Part shown: positions 51,896-64,000 of the stretch, one piece after another
Numbering within the stretch: position 1 is the stretch's first letter
Layout: each line of letters starts with the position of its first letter
Source of the DNA: Pavona decussata
Taxonomy: Eukaryota
Direction: 5' to 3'
Assembly (NCBI GenBank): GCA_977016875.1
Contig: CDRNST010000085.1
Location: 620,001 to 684,000 of the forward strand
Length of the DNA stretch: 64,000 bases
Notes under the pieces: generated by a model
The model's database searches: none
The model's input: the letters and a program-made list of their open reading frames with translations, nothing else
Told to the model about the DNA's origin: nothing
Made by a program: the position numbers and the translations under genes

Positions 51896-54800
51896 CTTTG
51901 TATGCGCTATTTTGTAAGTTTCTCATTTGAATCATAACCTCCCCCTGGTTTTCACAAGCGATGTAAGCACAAAGGCTAGCATTAGCTCAAACACAAGAGG
52001 TTTCCAAATTATTAAATTAAGAGGAAAGGGTTTTGCAGAGCAAAGATAAAAAAGAACAAATTATAGAGCTTGCGTTTCTCAGTAGTTATGTGGACTAATT
52101 GAGGATGGCGGTAAGACATTGCTTTATCTTGTCTTAGCAGTCTGGATTGACACACGTACGCTGCTTTTATGCATCAAATTCGAGAAATGTTCGCTATCGA
52201 GTGTGATCTCTCACGAGGTTTGAAACATGTATTCTCGGGTGAGACGCATGTAAAGTAAACCTACGATATTACTTAGGGCAGTAGCTTTCAACCTGCACTG
52301 TATTAAGTCCTTAAACCTAGCGTTCTCCATGATAGGGCAAATTTTGCTTCCTCGAAGCTCTGCATATTTTAGCTACAAATTATGTACAGAGGTTCCAGCT
52401 GAGATACTAGATTTCGCTAAAAATATACCACTATCACGTTTTCTCCACAGTGTTCTCAGTCTAAAAGAAAAAAAAAATACTCCGTAAAGAAGGAAGAAAA
52501 TCCACAAAACATTTCAGTGTAGGATCTACCAGAGTTTTCTAAGAACTGTCCAAACTTAGAACAATACAGACCTACGAAGCTAGCGCTTAATGACAATTCA
52601 TGAGTTTAAGCTCTTAAGAAAGAGCAAGAGGTATGCAGATATGGTCACGGATTACTGTTTGTCAAAATAAGGGTGATGCCCCCGAGGAACGGAAGCTCTT
52701 CACGGGGCAATGAGAGTTATATATTTTACGACTCGGCTAAGCAAGATTGTGTACTAGCAGCATTGGGAAGCATCACTGTAAGCATCCTTTTTCGGCCGAG
52801 CAACGCCTGTTACTGTATACGAAAATCACTGAAAATTAAAATTCAAACGCACAAATGTGTACATTGTTTAAATATGCTTTTCAAGGGAATAGAAAATTGT
52901 CCAAATAGTTCAAACACAGTTCAAATCAAAGTAAATTTAGATGAGAGTTTAGAGGCAAGTCAAGACAAAACTACAGGCATAGTAAAAACGTTTTTAATAA
53001 TCGGCGTTGGGTTGAATGTCAGTTTACAAGAGAAGAGCAGAACAAGGAAAGTGGAAATAGCGGCCTGAGAAAAAAAACGAGTCAACATCACAAAGTACCT
53101 TCTCTGGGTGTAGAAATTTGTAAGGAAGGCGTGCCGCAGTAAACCTAGTTGAAGATCACATGAGATCTTAGGTGGATTAGGTTGGAAGCTGAACCACAGT
53201 ACCGAATTCTGGTCTGAAAAATATATTGTAATTCACACAGCACTACATGGTATGATTGATAGTAGTTCTAGCTGTTAACTTATGCAGATAAAAAATTAAA
53301 TTATTTCTAATAACCCAGCATGCGTCCAAATAAAAGCTCTTCAAGCTAGAGTCGCTTCTTCTTCTTTTCAGTTGCAGTTAAAATGAACTAAAAAAGTGGT
53401 AAAACACGTGAAAGCTAGTGCTTCAGTAATAGCACATAGAGGCAAAAAGCCTGCGATTGCGACCTTTTTAACCTGCTTTACCAAATAAAGATATGTATGT
53501 ACTTTCTTTGCGATAAATGCTCTTTTTACACGATTTTTCTGAGCCCGATCTTAAGCTACGACCTTGTTTTTTGTACAGATACATGTACTCGAAGAAAGAA
53601 TGATACTTTTGACATATACTGTATCATAGAAATGTACTTCTTAGTAGCTTTCGTTTGAAAAGTTACCCTTTATGGCTTATCCGTCGACACATAATCAAAG
53701 TTATAACTCACCCTGTTGCATGGCCATATTTCATAGCAAGTCCGCAAGTAAAGGTTAACCTGAATGGCCTGCATACAACAATGATCGAGACGAAGCAAAA
53801 ATGACTACCTTTCACGAGATTCTATATAGTGTTGGTTGAATGTAGCCTCTGTTATTTACGGCTATGTCGAAAAGCCCAGATAATTATTTTCTAAGGCAGA
53901 ATCTTTTTATCAAATCAGAGCTCCTGTATAAGACTAGGCTGGGCTGCTACCTTCGCCTTCAGTGGTAACTTGAGCATCTGAAAGTTCGATATCGACCCTT
54001 TTCTTTTCAGTACTTTAAAGCGATTATGACATTTCAATAAAGTACTGAGATAAAAAAAAAAATCCGTGTCACCTCATTTTGCGCAAGAGCTGTCAGTAAA
54101 TCAGACTCTCAGAATATTTATTATAACATTTGTTCCCAATGTGGTGTGGCACCCACACTCGAGAAGTTCGTATTTTACAAAACCGATACCCTAGTAGCAT
54201 TTTTAAGCTGTTATTTATACGGGGTGTACAGGAAGAGAAGGTAATACTGGGGGTCTGCGGGTGGTATTTCCATGCATTATGGATTACAAACACAGATAAC
54301 GTAGGTAGCTAGTGGATGTTTCACATGTTTGCTTGTTGGTATTCGAGCTTGCAGTTTAATTAATGATGCATATATGCAAGCGAAGATGGCTAACAGCTTA
54401 AGAAGTAAACGTACGTTCACTGGGTAAGAACTGCGTCATGGACAAAAGTTACCATTACATTAATTAAAGTAAGAAATCCACAGCGACTTAACTAAAATGT
54501 ACTCTCAGTTCTGAATGCGTTCAGCTCGAAGGAGTTGTTTCATTGCCAGAAAATGGAACAGTTGATGCATTTAATTTATTCTCTCTTGTACAAAACGTAT
54601 CATAATAAATAATTACGGTTAAAAATATGGGACATTTTGTTTTTTTTTGAGGTTCCCCATACTCTGCTCATTTTGTAACAAGCTCTTTCATCACAGGCCA
54701 CGTTTATTTGGCCTGAGACACTGGTTACACAAGGATTACCAATTAATTCGAATTACAACGAACATCATCTGGACTTGAAGGCGACGACAAGAGTAGTAGT

Positions 54801-57800
54801 GGCGGGCACACGAGAAGTACAAACATGCACAAAGATAATCGTGCACAGACAGCTATACGACAAGAGCTTTCAGAATTGCACAGTGTGCGTTTGGTCCCAG
54901 AGAACGTCTATGCTTTAACGAAACTGGCCAGAGATGTCGACAGTACTGTTGCTAAACGCCACTTGATGCCAAAAAGTGCTAGAAGAAAATATGACAATCA
55001 CTTGCAAGATTTCATCAGAACCAAACAGCGAACTTATATGTGGTTTGTTAAGACCAAGTGAAGAAGCTCATTAATCTTTAAGGATGCTTTTTCTTTAGCA
55101 TTTTTACTAGTCAGACAAGCAGAAGAATAACAACAAAGGCAAGAATACGCACGCACCAGCACTGAGGGACAATGGAGCGACTAGCAGATTGAATCTTCTT
55201 ATACTATCGTCAATAGGAATAAACACAACGCGAGGATAGACACAAGCATCGACATAAGCACGCAACAGTACAACACAAAAATTATACAAATAAAAAAAAT
55301 CGATTTGCACCGCGGTACTGCTAGTAACCCTCGCCGGATTGTAAACACACCACCATGTTTCGATGGCGACATTGCCACTTAATCCTCAGATGAATGTGCA
55401 GCGACAACCTGTGTTATGGCGAGGATTTAATTTTCGGTAATTTGTGTTTTAGAAACAAAACAAGCTGTTGATAGCATGCAAAGCGCCCGTCAATGTACGA
55501 TGGAATCGAAGACAGACATGTCACAACACCAGCCAGATGATCGTAACTTATTTGAAATTTGTGTGAATTGCCAATTATAAGTATGTCAACACCAATATCG
55601 TCTCGTCACTGCCCTAAGCGTGCAGGCATGGATGCCTCTAAATGACACTTTCGTTAGAAAATTAGAGTGGCTTAAGGAAAATCCGACCTGATGATAGGAT
55701 AAATTGTTCTTCTTTCAACACAGGCCCCAGGATTACCGCAAAGTTGATACCATTCACGACCAAACACGAAATCCTTCGTATTTTGCTTGCAAACGGTTGT
55801 TTACAAACGAAAATGTAAACAAACTCGCTCACAGCCAAATATTTTTGGTTGTTTTTAAAAGGCGAATTGATGTTTGGATGTTTTCTCTTTATTGTAGCAA
55901 TTAACGTAATGAGTGTTTGTGAAGCGCGGTGAATTGTTTGGGTCAAGAACTGTCTCAGCCGAAACAACGCTTGAATGGCGACAAATCCCTGATGCAGAGG
56001 GCAAGGGCTTGAAGTGCGAAATAAATTATTATCAGTATGATAGCCAATGTGTGAGTATCAGGTCGCGAAACGGGGGATATTTATCTTTAGACACCACTTA
56101 GTGTTAATATAGCTTAAAATCTGTTGAAAGATTGACAGAGGTAAGCGAATTTAAACAACAGAGATGCTTGGTCCAAATTAAGCTGCCCTGTATACCGCGA
56201 CTTTCCTCTGCTGTTTTAAAACTTGCAACCTTTGATAATACTGTGTAAATAAAAACAAAGGGGATGGAGCCAAAACGAAAGTTCTTTATTCGCAATAAAC
56301 CTCTCTTTAAAAAATGCTTATATTCCGGGGTTTAACTTGCAAAGGCTGATATCCTTTAAAGCACGTCGATAGCTCTAGTCAAGCAATTTTAATTCCAACT
56401 GATATTCACTGAATAAGCATAAACTTCGTTCTATCTACAAGGATAAACAAGTGTAAAAACACATTGCCGTTGATGAACAAAATCAATGAGATATGTTTTC
56501 ACTTTTATTCGCAAGCAAAGGTAGTATTATTTCTCCGATGGTTTGCTCCCCACTGCGAAGGACTTTTCCGCAGCGGACGTTTAAGCAACTAATTCATCAG
56601 AGACAGAGCTACATGTGTTGAGTTGACGATCCATTTTAGCCGGAGGCGATGTTTTCTAATTTTCGTTACCGCTTATGTCTCTGAGAATTGCTTTGTAGGG
56701 TGCCTTGAAAAAAGTAATTATCGTGCGAGTCGAATTTCAAATTTAAGGAAACGAAAATAACCTTGGCAACTGCGAGCCAGTTGAATCTGGCAATGTTTTC
56801 AATTTGGCGTCTCGTGTGTCTTTCAAATTCTCACCGCGGGCGACTCGCTTCCAAATTGCAATGTTTGAATTCGTCTTTGTCTGCGAATTATTTAAATCTG
56901 ACCCGACGCATGAGGAGACCGAGAATAAGAAAGAAATACAATTTATTGCGGCTTCTTTAAAGGGACTTACAAGGTTTCGGTTAGTGTTTAATTAAGGACA
57001 GAAAAAAATCTTTGGCTCACTCTCCTTGGGTTCAATGGAAAAATGAAACGAGCAAATAAATAAAACGTGCTCGATAAGCTCCATCTTACAAAAAAAAAAT
57101 AAGAAGTGCAGTCCACCAAATATCTTTGTTTTCATATTTAAAATTGAGGTTTACCACTACGTTGACACAGTGCGGGGAAATGGCATAACTAATGTCATAC
57201 GAACACAGGATCTTGTCTAGTATTTTACGAAGAAACAAGTTTGTACTGAGGTTTATCATTGAAAAGCTGTTTCGTCTACAGAACATTACCTCGGGGTGTG
57301 AAAACGCAAAACAAGCATTTGCTTTGCTTGTTCGCTGTAATGGCGTCTCGGGGTGACGGATATCATCCGAGAAAACATGGAAATCCAAACGTGGACTTAA
57401 CAAAATTAGTTTATAAAACAAAGCTGGGTTTTCAAGACAAGAAAAATGTCCAAGGAAAAAGAGAAAATCGGGAAATAGCGATATCGTCAGAAAATATTCA
57501 TTAGTTTTTTTTGTGAGAAATTAAAAGGTTCTAGAAAAAGATTTGGGGACATGTATAATTAAAAATGGCCTCAGCGCCGGAAACTTCTAAAGATCTTTTC
57601 AGTACCAGTTGCAATAAAATTGATTGTGTCACTCAGTCTTTCAATAAGGCTCAGTGGGGTTCCCCGTACATGTACAAGGGTTCGTCATGGGAGATTGAGG
57701 ATTCGGAACACAATGTCTCTACTGGGGGGCATCGAGGCGACGTTAATAAATGATAAACCCCAAAGAATGGATTACAAATAGGAAGAAAGAATCGCCTTGT

Positions 57801-58139
57801 ATCACCATGTGAATTTTCTAGAATTTTTTTTTATGTGGCTGTGACCTGGGATTGTGCGAAATTGAAACCCACGTTATGAAAACTCTTTTTGGAAGGTGCA
57901 AGGTGAAAATAAACAGTAGGGGTCAGGAAAATATTGCTCCCACGCTTCTTCCTTTGGTTAATTAAATTTCCAAAAGCTGATGAGAAAGCAACAGTAGGTA
58001 CCTAGGAAAACTGATGGGACCTCGAAATGGAAGCACAGCTATTGTTTTAGCTGCGAACAAAGTCATTTACGCGACAGTACAGACGGAATAAAAACGATTC
58101 GCTTACATTTTCACTGGCGATAAATTTAAAAACCCAAAA

Positions 58140-58250
58140 ACACAGGAAGCATTACACCAAAGTACCGCTCAATTGCTTTCAATTGAATTGTAATACTCAA
58201 CTATTTGCCTCCCACATCTAACATTTTGAACCACCTTGTACGACATAACT
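58140..58250 (+). repeat. Dispersed repeat fragment (related pieces near 49165-49245 and 49830-49910)
   Basis: aaagtaccgctcaattgctttcaattgaattg...gaaccaccttgtacgacataa resembles an abundant coral repeat. Recognised from memory, not searched. Confidence 0.4.
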
Positions 58251-59864
58251 GATCGGCCACGCCACAAAGCTCACACCTAGGGGGGTTTAATCCAAAAACT
58301 CGTCAGAAACCAAATCGTGGAATAGTCTAGGAGATACAGAGCCTTAAAATGGAAACGAATTTCCATATTCTTTCGCCTCTTTTCTTTCTTTTAGGTGGAT
58401 AGAAAGAAAATGACAACTGTGCTGAATCAGGAGCACGAATGATGGTTTGAATAACGACAATCTGTTTCTACAAGAAGAGGGCGCAGCTGCAGCTCTTCAC
58501 ATACCCTTTCGCACCCACGGACGCTCGATTACAAAACTGCAAGAAATTCTCAAAAACTATTTTTCATAATATCGACAAAAAGTAACATAGGGAAGGGCTG
58601 CTAAGTAGATTACATATCAATGGTGGTACGAATAATACTTTCCATAGACCCAAGTTGAAGTCACTGTCACTTAAATTGTTTAAGGCGCGGCTCTGAGTGC
58701 TAAAGGAGTAACATACAGGAACGTGTTTTTTTCTTTCATATAGAACAAAGAATATCTAAGAGAGGTGTCCCCCACCAGATCTGCTTACCTAGAGAACTAC
58801 GGTCTGATTCAGGAATAGAAGTCATGTCCTGTTGGCGTAGAAAGGGTCGCTGCGACGTCCCTTACCTATGTAAGAACTCTTGAGCAAGGGGGGTAGGGTA
58901 GGTAGGGTGCACTAAGAAGAACATCAAGAGAGGTTGCAGCCAACCAGACATATCTTCTTCGAAAATTCCAAACCTTGCAGCATGGGTGTTAACCTTTCAA
59001 GTCATATTATGATAATAAGTTAATGAAATTTCTTGGTTGGAAAAAATCTTAGTAATCAGCGTGAAATTCAAACAAAAAAGGCCTGGATGGCGTAAATCCC
59101 TATTAGCTCCTACCCTACGTTTCTAAGTTAAAAGTTTGTCAACCGAAGCGACACCACTTCATACTCACTCCGAAGTTCTGCAAATAAGCTCGCTGTTTCA
59201 AACCAACTCAGAAACGGCTCCACGTACAATGGTGCCGAACTACAGAACAGTCTACTCCCAAAAAGCGGAATGGCTGAATGAACTTCGATCATCATTCATC
59301 AAATCTTAAATTTGTAGTGAAAGGCATGGCATTCATAGAAAGCAAGTTTCACACAAGTTTAATAACTTGATAAAATGATAGATTTTGACTTCTCGATTTA
59401 TTTCGTATGTAGTCTTGATTAAATAACGTAATTAATGCAAAAGTTTCAAATTTAGTATTTCTTTGTGAACCTGATGAAGTAAACGTGATAAATTCCGTTT
59501 TATCCCCATTTTCTTTCAGACATTTATCCTCATTAACGTTACATGATAAGGATTTGTACTTTTTGTATGGATTCCCCGACGTGCGCTTTATTTTATGATT
59601 TTTGCATTCCAATTAATTGTTTGTACGTGTTATTTCCTGCGCGTCGATGAACTGTTAAAAAAGGAGGGGGGGGGGGGGGGGGAGCATTAATTAAGGAGTT
59701 CAGGATCCAAGGATGCGTACTTTCGTAGCCTGTAATAGTCTATTACAATGGAAGGAAAATACTTTATCTGTTGTAATAACAATGTTTAATGTGTTCTGTA
59801 TTATAGTATTTCGTAACTTTTGTTACGTTGTTTAAAACTGAATAAAACCAGACAAAAGGTAAGC

Positions 59865-60010
59865 GATTTCCCGCGCTTGGCGAGCATTGCACGTTTTGCT
59901 TCGAGTTCTGATTGGTTCCTTGGGTTGTTTGCGTTTTTTTTTTTTTTTGTTTCTGGTAGGAGTGCCATTACTGTGGTTTTGAAAATGATTGTTTGTAATA
60001 AAAACCTGTA
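59865..60010 (+). repeat. Dispersed repeat fragment
   Basis: tttcccgcgcttggcg...ttgcttcgagttctgattggttc...ttgtttgcgt resembles an abundant coral repeat. Recognised from memory. Confidence 0.5.
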
Positions 60011-60255
60011 ATGCTGATATTTTGGTGTTAAGCCCATAACTACTGTCAATAATCAGGAAGAGTGCTACTTCAGAATAAAAACCTCAAAAGACTGTGCCGC
60101 AAACAACAAAGAATCTTTCCTTCGAGAATGTAAACATCAGACAACGCTCCACTAAAATAAACGTTGCTATACGCTGTTTGGTTCCCTTTATGACTGGTCT
60201 CTGGACTTAACCATAAACCTTACTTCTTACTGAAAGTGTATCCTTAACTCATTAA

Positions 60256-60972
60256 TTAACCCATTAAGCCTAAATAGCGACCAGGGACAGATTCACGCCC
60301 ACCTAACTTAAGGACGGTCCTACTAATACAGAAGTATTTTTGCGCGGTTTATCACTATGCGGGAAAAGCAGATCTCAGCAAGGGCTGTTGGAATCCAAAA
60401 AGAAAATTGGGGGTAACCACGCATTTTTTGGAGATAATTAATCAACAATAATCCAAAAAGGCAGTAAAATACAAAACAATGTGTGGCGTTTTTTCCAAGT
60501 TGAAGCTTCATTATCTCTGAAAAATGTATGGTTGCCACCAATTTCCTTCTCGGATACCAAGAGCACTTTCTAAGTTTTCCTTACTCTGCAGAGTTTTAAA
60601 CCGAGCAAAAATATCCCTGTGTTAGTAGGCATTACCCATTAGAAAACCGAGTACCTCGAGATGCGCAGAACGTATGCGCAGTAACAAAAGCAGGCACCGT
60701 CCTTAAAATTATCTTAAGCATTGTTTCTTTACAAAAGCCTATTTTAGAATTAGGATCTAAACTTAGGAGGGCTTCGTAAATCTCGCCTCAGCATCTAATT
60801 TCTCCTTGTAATATCACAACTTCATCAAGCAAACAGGTCATGAGAATAACGGAATTGATCATCCACGAAAAGATGTCTTGATTTTAAAATAAATCCCCCA
60901 AACTACTAGTACTAGAAATATGTGGAGACAAAGAACGAAATAAGCACGATGATATTGGGGCGTGAGAGTGAC
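60256..60972 (+). mobile_element. piggyBac-like (TTAA-CCC) MITE interrupted by two nested elements
   Basis: ttaacccattaagcctaaatagcgaccag resumes as cagcatctaatttctcc at 60789. The intervening 60285-60788 has imperfect TIRs and a CAG duplication. Confidence 0.6.
60308..60706 (-). mobile_element. TTAA-flanked palindromic MITE (Kolobok-like), copy 2
   Basis: Reverse-complement homolog of 17379-17780 over its whole length; ttaaggacggt ... accgtccttaa. Confidence 0.9.
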
Positions 60973-61536
60973 AAATGTCCTTTTACTATACATATAGTAA
61001 CAGACCATAACCTGACCCATTGCATCTACGAAAAAATGCGCGAAACAATCTCGGCCATTTCTCAGCTATCAGTTAATTACAATGGATCTCAGTTTATTTT
61101 ATAGTTATCGTGTGTTTTCGTGGTTTTGTATCGTATCAACTGTTTCCCTCTCGTTAGCCGAAGTGTCGAGCATCATCCGAAGATTTACGAAGAACTTTCG
61201 AGTGATTCGAAGATTGAGACTTTACGAACGCTTTTCACCTGCTGACGACCTCACGATTTCTAAAAACTACTTGTGAGGAGCTGCTAAACCATCTTCATTC
61301 GCAACTTATTCTCCAAAAATTAACTAAACAGTTATTGTCAAGTTATTTGGTAGTAAAACTCACACTTTACTCGAGAAAAATTTAGCATCTCAGCTTAGTC
61401 GGCTAAGTCCTAACGCCAATTCTCAGCCGATGGTTAAAATTCTGGACAATTCTAATTTATCAGTTAGCCCTGTGCACACCCTCAACCCTTCCCCTACCAA
61501 GGGGGCGCAATTGTCATTATTATTGTCATAGCAATA

Positions 61537-61560
61537 ATGATGATGATGATGATGATGATG
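61537..61560. repeat. (ATG)8 microsatellite (a similar (GAT)n tract lies at ~12160-12182)
   Basis: Seen directly in the sequence. Confidence 0.9.
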
Positions 61561-61779
61561 ACCTTTATTCCCATAGGGTAACACTTTACCGTGAACTTAT
61601 GTTTATGGTTCAAAGTTACTGATACTTTACGGACCTCAAATAACAAAATAATAACCAGAGCTAAAACACTGCCATTAATGCGTTTAAAACTACTTACTCT
61701 ATGAACATGAGTGGCTAAAAAAGAAAAAAAAAGAAAACCCAATGACTATGAAAGGGCAATCAATGTTTAAAAACTAAGA

Positions 61780-63760
61780 GGACAGCAGGATGGTTTTCAA
61801 CCTCATTCCATTTTTAAACATAAGTAGAATCAAAATGTTGATTCACATCAAAAACCTGTAGAATCTAACATACAGAGCAGGAGCCAACCCTGTGGTACAG
61901 TAAGATCGATGCAGTATAAAATACAAGCACCTGTCCTCGGGAAACAGGGTGGTGTCCAACTACTCTGTAGTTTTCATAAAAGAGAGAAAAGAAGAAACAG
62001 CAAACGCTCTGAGAATTTTTTTTTTTTTTTACATAAAAGCTCAAAGCAGTAGTTATGACCCTATGTTAAAGACAACATTTTATTGGTGGAGCACGTAGTT
62101 TGGCCTCCAACTACCCGTCACTTTTCATAGTAGAAAAGTGATGTAAAATTTTCTTGATTAACTATTGTAAATGTTGGAAATGGCGCGATGCATCCAATAA
62201 GAGAATTTAATCACCTTTGGCAAGCACGGTGTACCCATGTCCAGGAACTGTTACTTTCCACGGAACGTAAAAGAAGAAAGCGTAAGAATGTGCGACAGCG
62301 ACATGATAGAGACCAAACCGAAAGTCATAAATGCAACCATGGATAGCTGTTGAGAGCTGGCTGGCTCTCGTCAGCACGGTGATGCAACAATAAGTAAAAT
62401 GTTTAACCAACATGAAGTCAGTTATCAACTGAATGCACTTGGTAATGACTCCGGATGGGCTCAAACTCAAATGTTTGCCAACTTCATAGCGCGTGACTAT
62501 GAGCAATGAACAAAGAATTTGACATTTTATGCCGCTGTCGCAATAAGCAGTGTAAGGATAGAAAAAACTATCCTTCAGCGAATACTTGGCCATAACCATG
62601 TTAAATATATACAGCATACTTGATCTGCAAAGGTTCCATATGCTGTATATGAATGAAAAGATAAGAATGTAAACATTTTCTTGATTTAAAAGCAGGACTC
62701 TATTCTGAGTGGACGACGTAGACTTTTGTGCCATGCAAGCCTACAGCGGGAGTTTCTAACATTCCGGGGTAGAGTGGGGTGGGGGGAACAAAGCCAAGCC
62801 CCTAGAGTTGACGCCATTAGAGGGGTTGATGTCATTGTTGGTTCTCGTCCTTACTCCTTGGATTTTTCTATGGATGCTCTGGTTTTCACCCATCACGCAC
62901 CACAGTGGATTGAATAGCCGCTCAGTGACTAAACCATGTTTATTCATTTATCCCTTTTATCAGAAAGAATAAAGAAAAACAGACATAAGAGTTTGATGGT
63001 TCAGAATTTTTGGCATTGTCTCAACCCTGTGCGAGACATTTTATTGGTTCGATGCAATGGTGTACAACTAATCGTCATCATTTAAAGAAAGGATTGCTTA
63101 AAAACCAACCTCGTGTGTAAGAAAACATTGCTTGTGCAATGTAAAATTCAAGTCTGCCACCACCTCAGCTGAGAGGGTGGCGTCCAGCGATATTTCAATG
63201 ATCCGAGGAAGAGAAAAAAATGTATACTGAGAGTAACAGAGTTCAGGTTTTGTAAAAGTTCAGAGTAGGAGCCAACCCTGTGTGCAACATAATATTTTAT
63301 TGGTGCAACTTAAATACAAAGCACTCAAATGTTGTCAGCCAACAGGGTGGTGTCCAACTACTCTTCACTTTTTATACACAGCCGTTACAAAGCCAAGAAA
63401 GTAAAAAGTGCGAGAGTTGATACAAAGCGTCAGAAGGGAACTGAGGCCATCCAACCCGAGTAATATACCATGAGCTTGGTTGTTGAATGCAAAGACAAAG
63501 AAAAAACGCCAATGTCCTCAGCTATAAGGGTAGTGTCCAACAACTCATAACTTTGTATAAAATAGTAGAAGAAGCAATAGAAAATGCTATTGATTTAAAC
63601 ATTTTCAGCAGTGTTAACTAACCTGTAGAACATAAAGTATTGTTGGTGGGATGCAAAATAAAACAACATACAATGCTTCTCCTCTTAAAGACATAGAGTG
63701 TCCAACTACTCTTCACTTTTCAAACGTATTAAACGTGGAGAAAATATAAAAAGCAAAATG
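61780..63760. repeat. Degenerate tandem array of ~120-215-bp units (about 9-11 copies) with hairpin potential
   Basis: The core cagggtggtgtccaactactct or variants occur at ~61786, 61944, 62102, 62238, 63058, 63174, 63342, 63527 and 63695. Most are preceded by a (gcc)aaccctgt-like and a ttttattggt/gatgca-like motif. Confidence 0.8.
62800..62895 (+). mobile_element. Decayed tRNA-derived SINE body, inserted into the repeat array
   Basis: gacgccatt..ggggttga..ttgttggttctcgtccttactcc...tttttct..gg.tgctctggttttc matches the common cnidarian SINE core. Recognised from memory. Confidence 0.55.
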
Positions 63761-64000
63761 TAAACGTTCAGTGTAGTTCGTTCGGTGTGATGAACCTTTC
63801 CGCGCCCTTTTTGCCCTTTTTGTTCTGCTCCCCTATCAATGCTGGATTCTACACTATCCTAAACCGTGAGAATAGCGTTCAAATATTATTTACTTTTCGC
63901 GTGACACTATCGGAAAGAGACTACAACTACATACCGTCTCCCATGATTGGAAATAGTTCCACTCGGGATGCTTGATTATCTAAGGAAAAGCATAATTAAT

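Noticed and set aside
37433-61742. Many 60-130-aa ORFs downstream of FoxL2 (and similar ones upstream)
   Set aside because: Many start at TTG/GTG, and none shows a domain, codon signature or consistent splice structure. Such ORFs are expected by chance.
62207-62734. 175-aa minus-strand ORF
   Set aside because: It lies across degenerate repeat units, has a composition typical of AT-rich non-coding DNA, and shows no domain.
61780-63760. Array interpreted as CRISPR or as a hammerhead retrozyme
   Set aside because: The context is eukaryotic, there are no cas genes, and the spacers are homologous to each other. CTGAGGA occurs on the minus strand in some units, but no conserved GAAA or stem II follows.
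1-64000. tRNA, 5S/rRNA, spliceosomal snRNA or known cnidarian miRNA genes
   Set aside because: No diagnostic motifs were found by eye. tRNAscan-SE or Infernal would be needed to exclude them formally.

Overview
AT-rich animal genomic DNA. It is most likely an anthozoan cnidarian (stony coral), inferred from the FoxL2 sequence and from MITE/SINE families recognised from memory. The only clearly intact full-length gene is single-exon FoxL2 (35927-36805, +), in a gene desert of more than 50 kb. The left end holds exon 1 of a small secreted prepropeptide with a Cys-ringed core (PPCGFTWRC) and a poly-Arg tail (7263-7469, +). It also holds a multiply disabled TGF-beta-superfamily last exon that the ORF track does not show (1921-2674, -), Penelope-like and L2/CR1 retroelement debris, and a near-intact type I hammerhead ribozyme (11730-11800). 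Two repeat structures are unexplained. One is an old four-unit, ~2-kb-period non-coding tandem array upstream of FoxL2 (~19.3-27.3 kb). The other is a degenerate ~170-bp tandem array whose best units fold into long hairpins (~61.8-63.8 kb). Several MITEs are present, including a three-level nested insertion at ~60.3-61.0 kb. No rRNA, tRNA, snRNA or CRISPR array was recognised. All alignments were done by eye.
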